Shown here: positions 62,757 to 64,000 of the stretch, one piece after another
Numbering within the stretch: the stretch's first letter is position 1
How the letters are laid out: each line of letters opens with the position of its first letter
Virus record (IMG/VR): IMGVR_UViG_3300046543_000266
Coordinates: 153,606-217,605 of that record
Strand: one strand, 5' to 3'
DNA length: 64,000 nt
Translations under genes and position numbers: made by a program
Notes under the pieces: model-generated
Told to the model about the DNA's origin: nothing
What the model saw: only the letters and a program-made list of their open reading frames with translations
Database searches by the model: none

Positions 62757-63016
62757 ACACTCAACCTGAACGTGGAACGTACTGCGTGGTGATCCACGAT
62801 CAACTCGCGGTGTCTTACTGTCCGCTGCCCGACGGTGAATGTATGTGGAAGCACCGATCAACCGGAAGGTGCATGTACAGCGAGGAATTCGCAGCCACGA
62901 GTTTTACGCCCAATGAATTCGCACAGCGAGTTGGGTTGCCCGCAATTCCTGCGGACGTAGTAAATATAATCAAACGGGTTCTGGTAACCCGCATCCGAGA
63001 CGAGCTCGCCACGTAG
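62753..63016 (+). CDS. Cys-containing hypothetical protein
   Basis: CPLPDGECMWKH...C. Confidence 0.6.
   Translation: MNTQPERGTYCVVIHDQLAVSYCPLPDGECMWKHRSTGRCMYSEEFAATSFTPNEFAQRVGLPAIPADVVNIIKRVLVTRIRDELAT
62959..62966 (+). promoter_or_regulatory. AGTAAATA motif
   Basis: ~110 nt upstream of the 63079 gene. Confidence 0.5.
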
Positions 63017-63078
63017 CAATCCCGCTCGGATACAAACCCATCCCACGTCTCGTTCCCAATCCTATCGGAGAAATCCAC

Positions 63079-63801
63079 ATGAGTATCAAAAGCATCAGCA
63101 TCAGCGACCTCGAAGCACAGGGACCCCGTGGTTCGGTGTGGGTTCTGAACAGCGCAGCAACCTCGCAGTACGCACTCGTCGGCGAAATCGTCATCAACAT
63201 CCCGAAGACCAACGGCGCCGGTGCCGACCCGCTCAAGATCCCGCAGACGTGGCTCCCGGTCGACGCTGCTGCCCGCTTCCCGCGTGAACGTCTGCTCGAC
63301 GCAGCCGAATTCCGTAGCGCCGTCGTCAACGGTCTGGTCACGATCGTCGACGAAGAAACCGCCGCCAAGATCCTGCGCAAGGACGGGGCCACCGACGAAC
63401 TGAAGCGTCTGCGTGCTACCGACCAACACGTCCGTCAAGCCGGTGCCGCTCGTACCATCGCTGACTCGAACGTCGAGATCTCGCGTGCTGACGGCGTCAA
63501 GGACGACGAAGACGAAGGCGACAAGGTCGAGATCTACGGCAGCAACGACGAAGACGACAACCTCGCACGCAAGGCGAAGAACGGCGTCGAACTCAACGAC
63601 GGCCACAAGCCCTCGTTCCTCATGTTCGTCGACAAGCTCAAGACCGAGTCGGACATCGGCGCGCTGAACGCAATCCGCAGCCGCGCGAAGTTCACCCGCA
63701 AGGAAATGCGCTTCATGCGTGACAACCTCACGCGCGGCGAATTCCCGAAGACGATCAAGGCACTCAAGTCGCGCATCGCCGAGTTCAAGACTACCGCGTA
63801 A
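63079..63801 (+). CDS. Hypothetical protein (strongly biased codons)
   Basis: RBS GGAG, 240 aa, almost all C/G-ending codons. Confidence 0.8.
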   Translation: MSIKSISISDLEAQGPRGSVWVLNSAATSQYALVGEIVINIPKTNGAGADPLKIPQTWLPVDAAARFPRERLLDAAEFRSAVVNGLVTIVDEETAAKILRKDGATDELKRLRATDQHVRQAGAARTIADSNVEISRADGVKDDEDEGDKVEIYGSNDEDDNLARKAKNGVELNDGHKPSFLMFVDKLKTESDIGALNAIRSRAKFTRKEMRFMRDNLTRGEFPKTIKALKSRIAEFKTTA

Positions 63802-63890
63802 TTCAGAAGTTCCCGTAGCGCCGTCGTATCTGTCAGGTTCACAACACCAACAGTCATAACTACCAACCGACTTACAAGGAGTATCACACA

Positions 63891-64000
63891 ATGCCCCGTA
63901 AATCCACCGCAATTCCCGCTGCGAAACCGGCTGCAATTCCCGCCAAGCCTGTGACCAAAGTCGCGCGCAAGCTGACGCCGGAGCATTCGGCAGGTTCGCT
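63891..64000 (+). CDS. Start of next gene (partial)
   Basis: RBS AAGGAG, MPRKSTAIPAAKPAAIPAK. Confidence 0.7.
   Translation, partial: MPRKSTAIPAAKPAAIPAKPVTKVARKLTPEHSAGS

Noticed and set aside
1-64000. Alternative genetic code or intron/intein interruption of core genes
   Set aside because: Pol, TerL, RecA, primase and helicase read through intact in the standard code. No intein C/S...HN signatures or split catalytic motifs were noticed.

Overview
A 64-kb segment of a large (jumbo-type), GC-rich tailed dsDNA phage. Genes run almost entirely on the minus strand up to ~57.5 kb, then switch to the plus strand after a 460-bp structured intergenic region. Modules from left to right: baseplate/tail genes (tape-measure-like, T4 gp26/gp51-like, tail-tube-fold); portal, RuvC and large terminase; RecA, gp32-like SSB with a huge charge-block tail, and a sigma-70-like factor; a tightly coupled ~10.5-kb nucleotide/DNA hypermodification operon; spanins, DnaG primase, family A DNA polymerase with an N-terminal UDG-like domain, and a Dda/RecD-like helicase; an accessory region of small ORFs and structured RNAs; then an SF2-like helicase and an Mre11/SbcD nuclease. 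Host-like genes (DUF1289, DUF3309, FadR/GntR HTH) suggest a proteobacterial host. A resemblance to Ralstonia/Burkholderia jumbo phages is only an impression, not a search result. Strongest leads: (1) a dUMP-hydroxymethylase + 5-hmdU DNA kinase operon that also encodes three base-J/TET-associated-type glycosyltransferases, an NDP-sugar module, a carbohydrate sulfotransferase and an APS kinase, pointing to a possibly sulfated or sulfo-glycosylated thymidine analogue; (2) a promoter-driven tandem array of four acceptor-stem RNAs, none a canonical tRNA, plus further tRNA-like or pseudoknotted RNAs elsewhere; (3) two recurrent intergenic motifs (AGTAAATA and AATTTAA), often followed by a leader hairpin; (4) SSB and RecA carrying matching histone-H1-like and acidic disordered tails. 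All family assignments come from motif recognition by eye; no database search or folding program was run.
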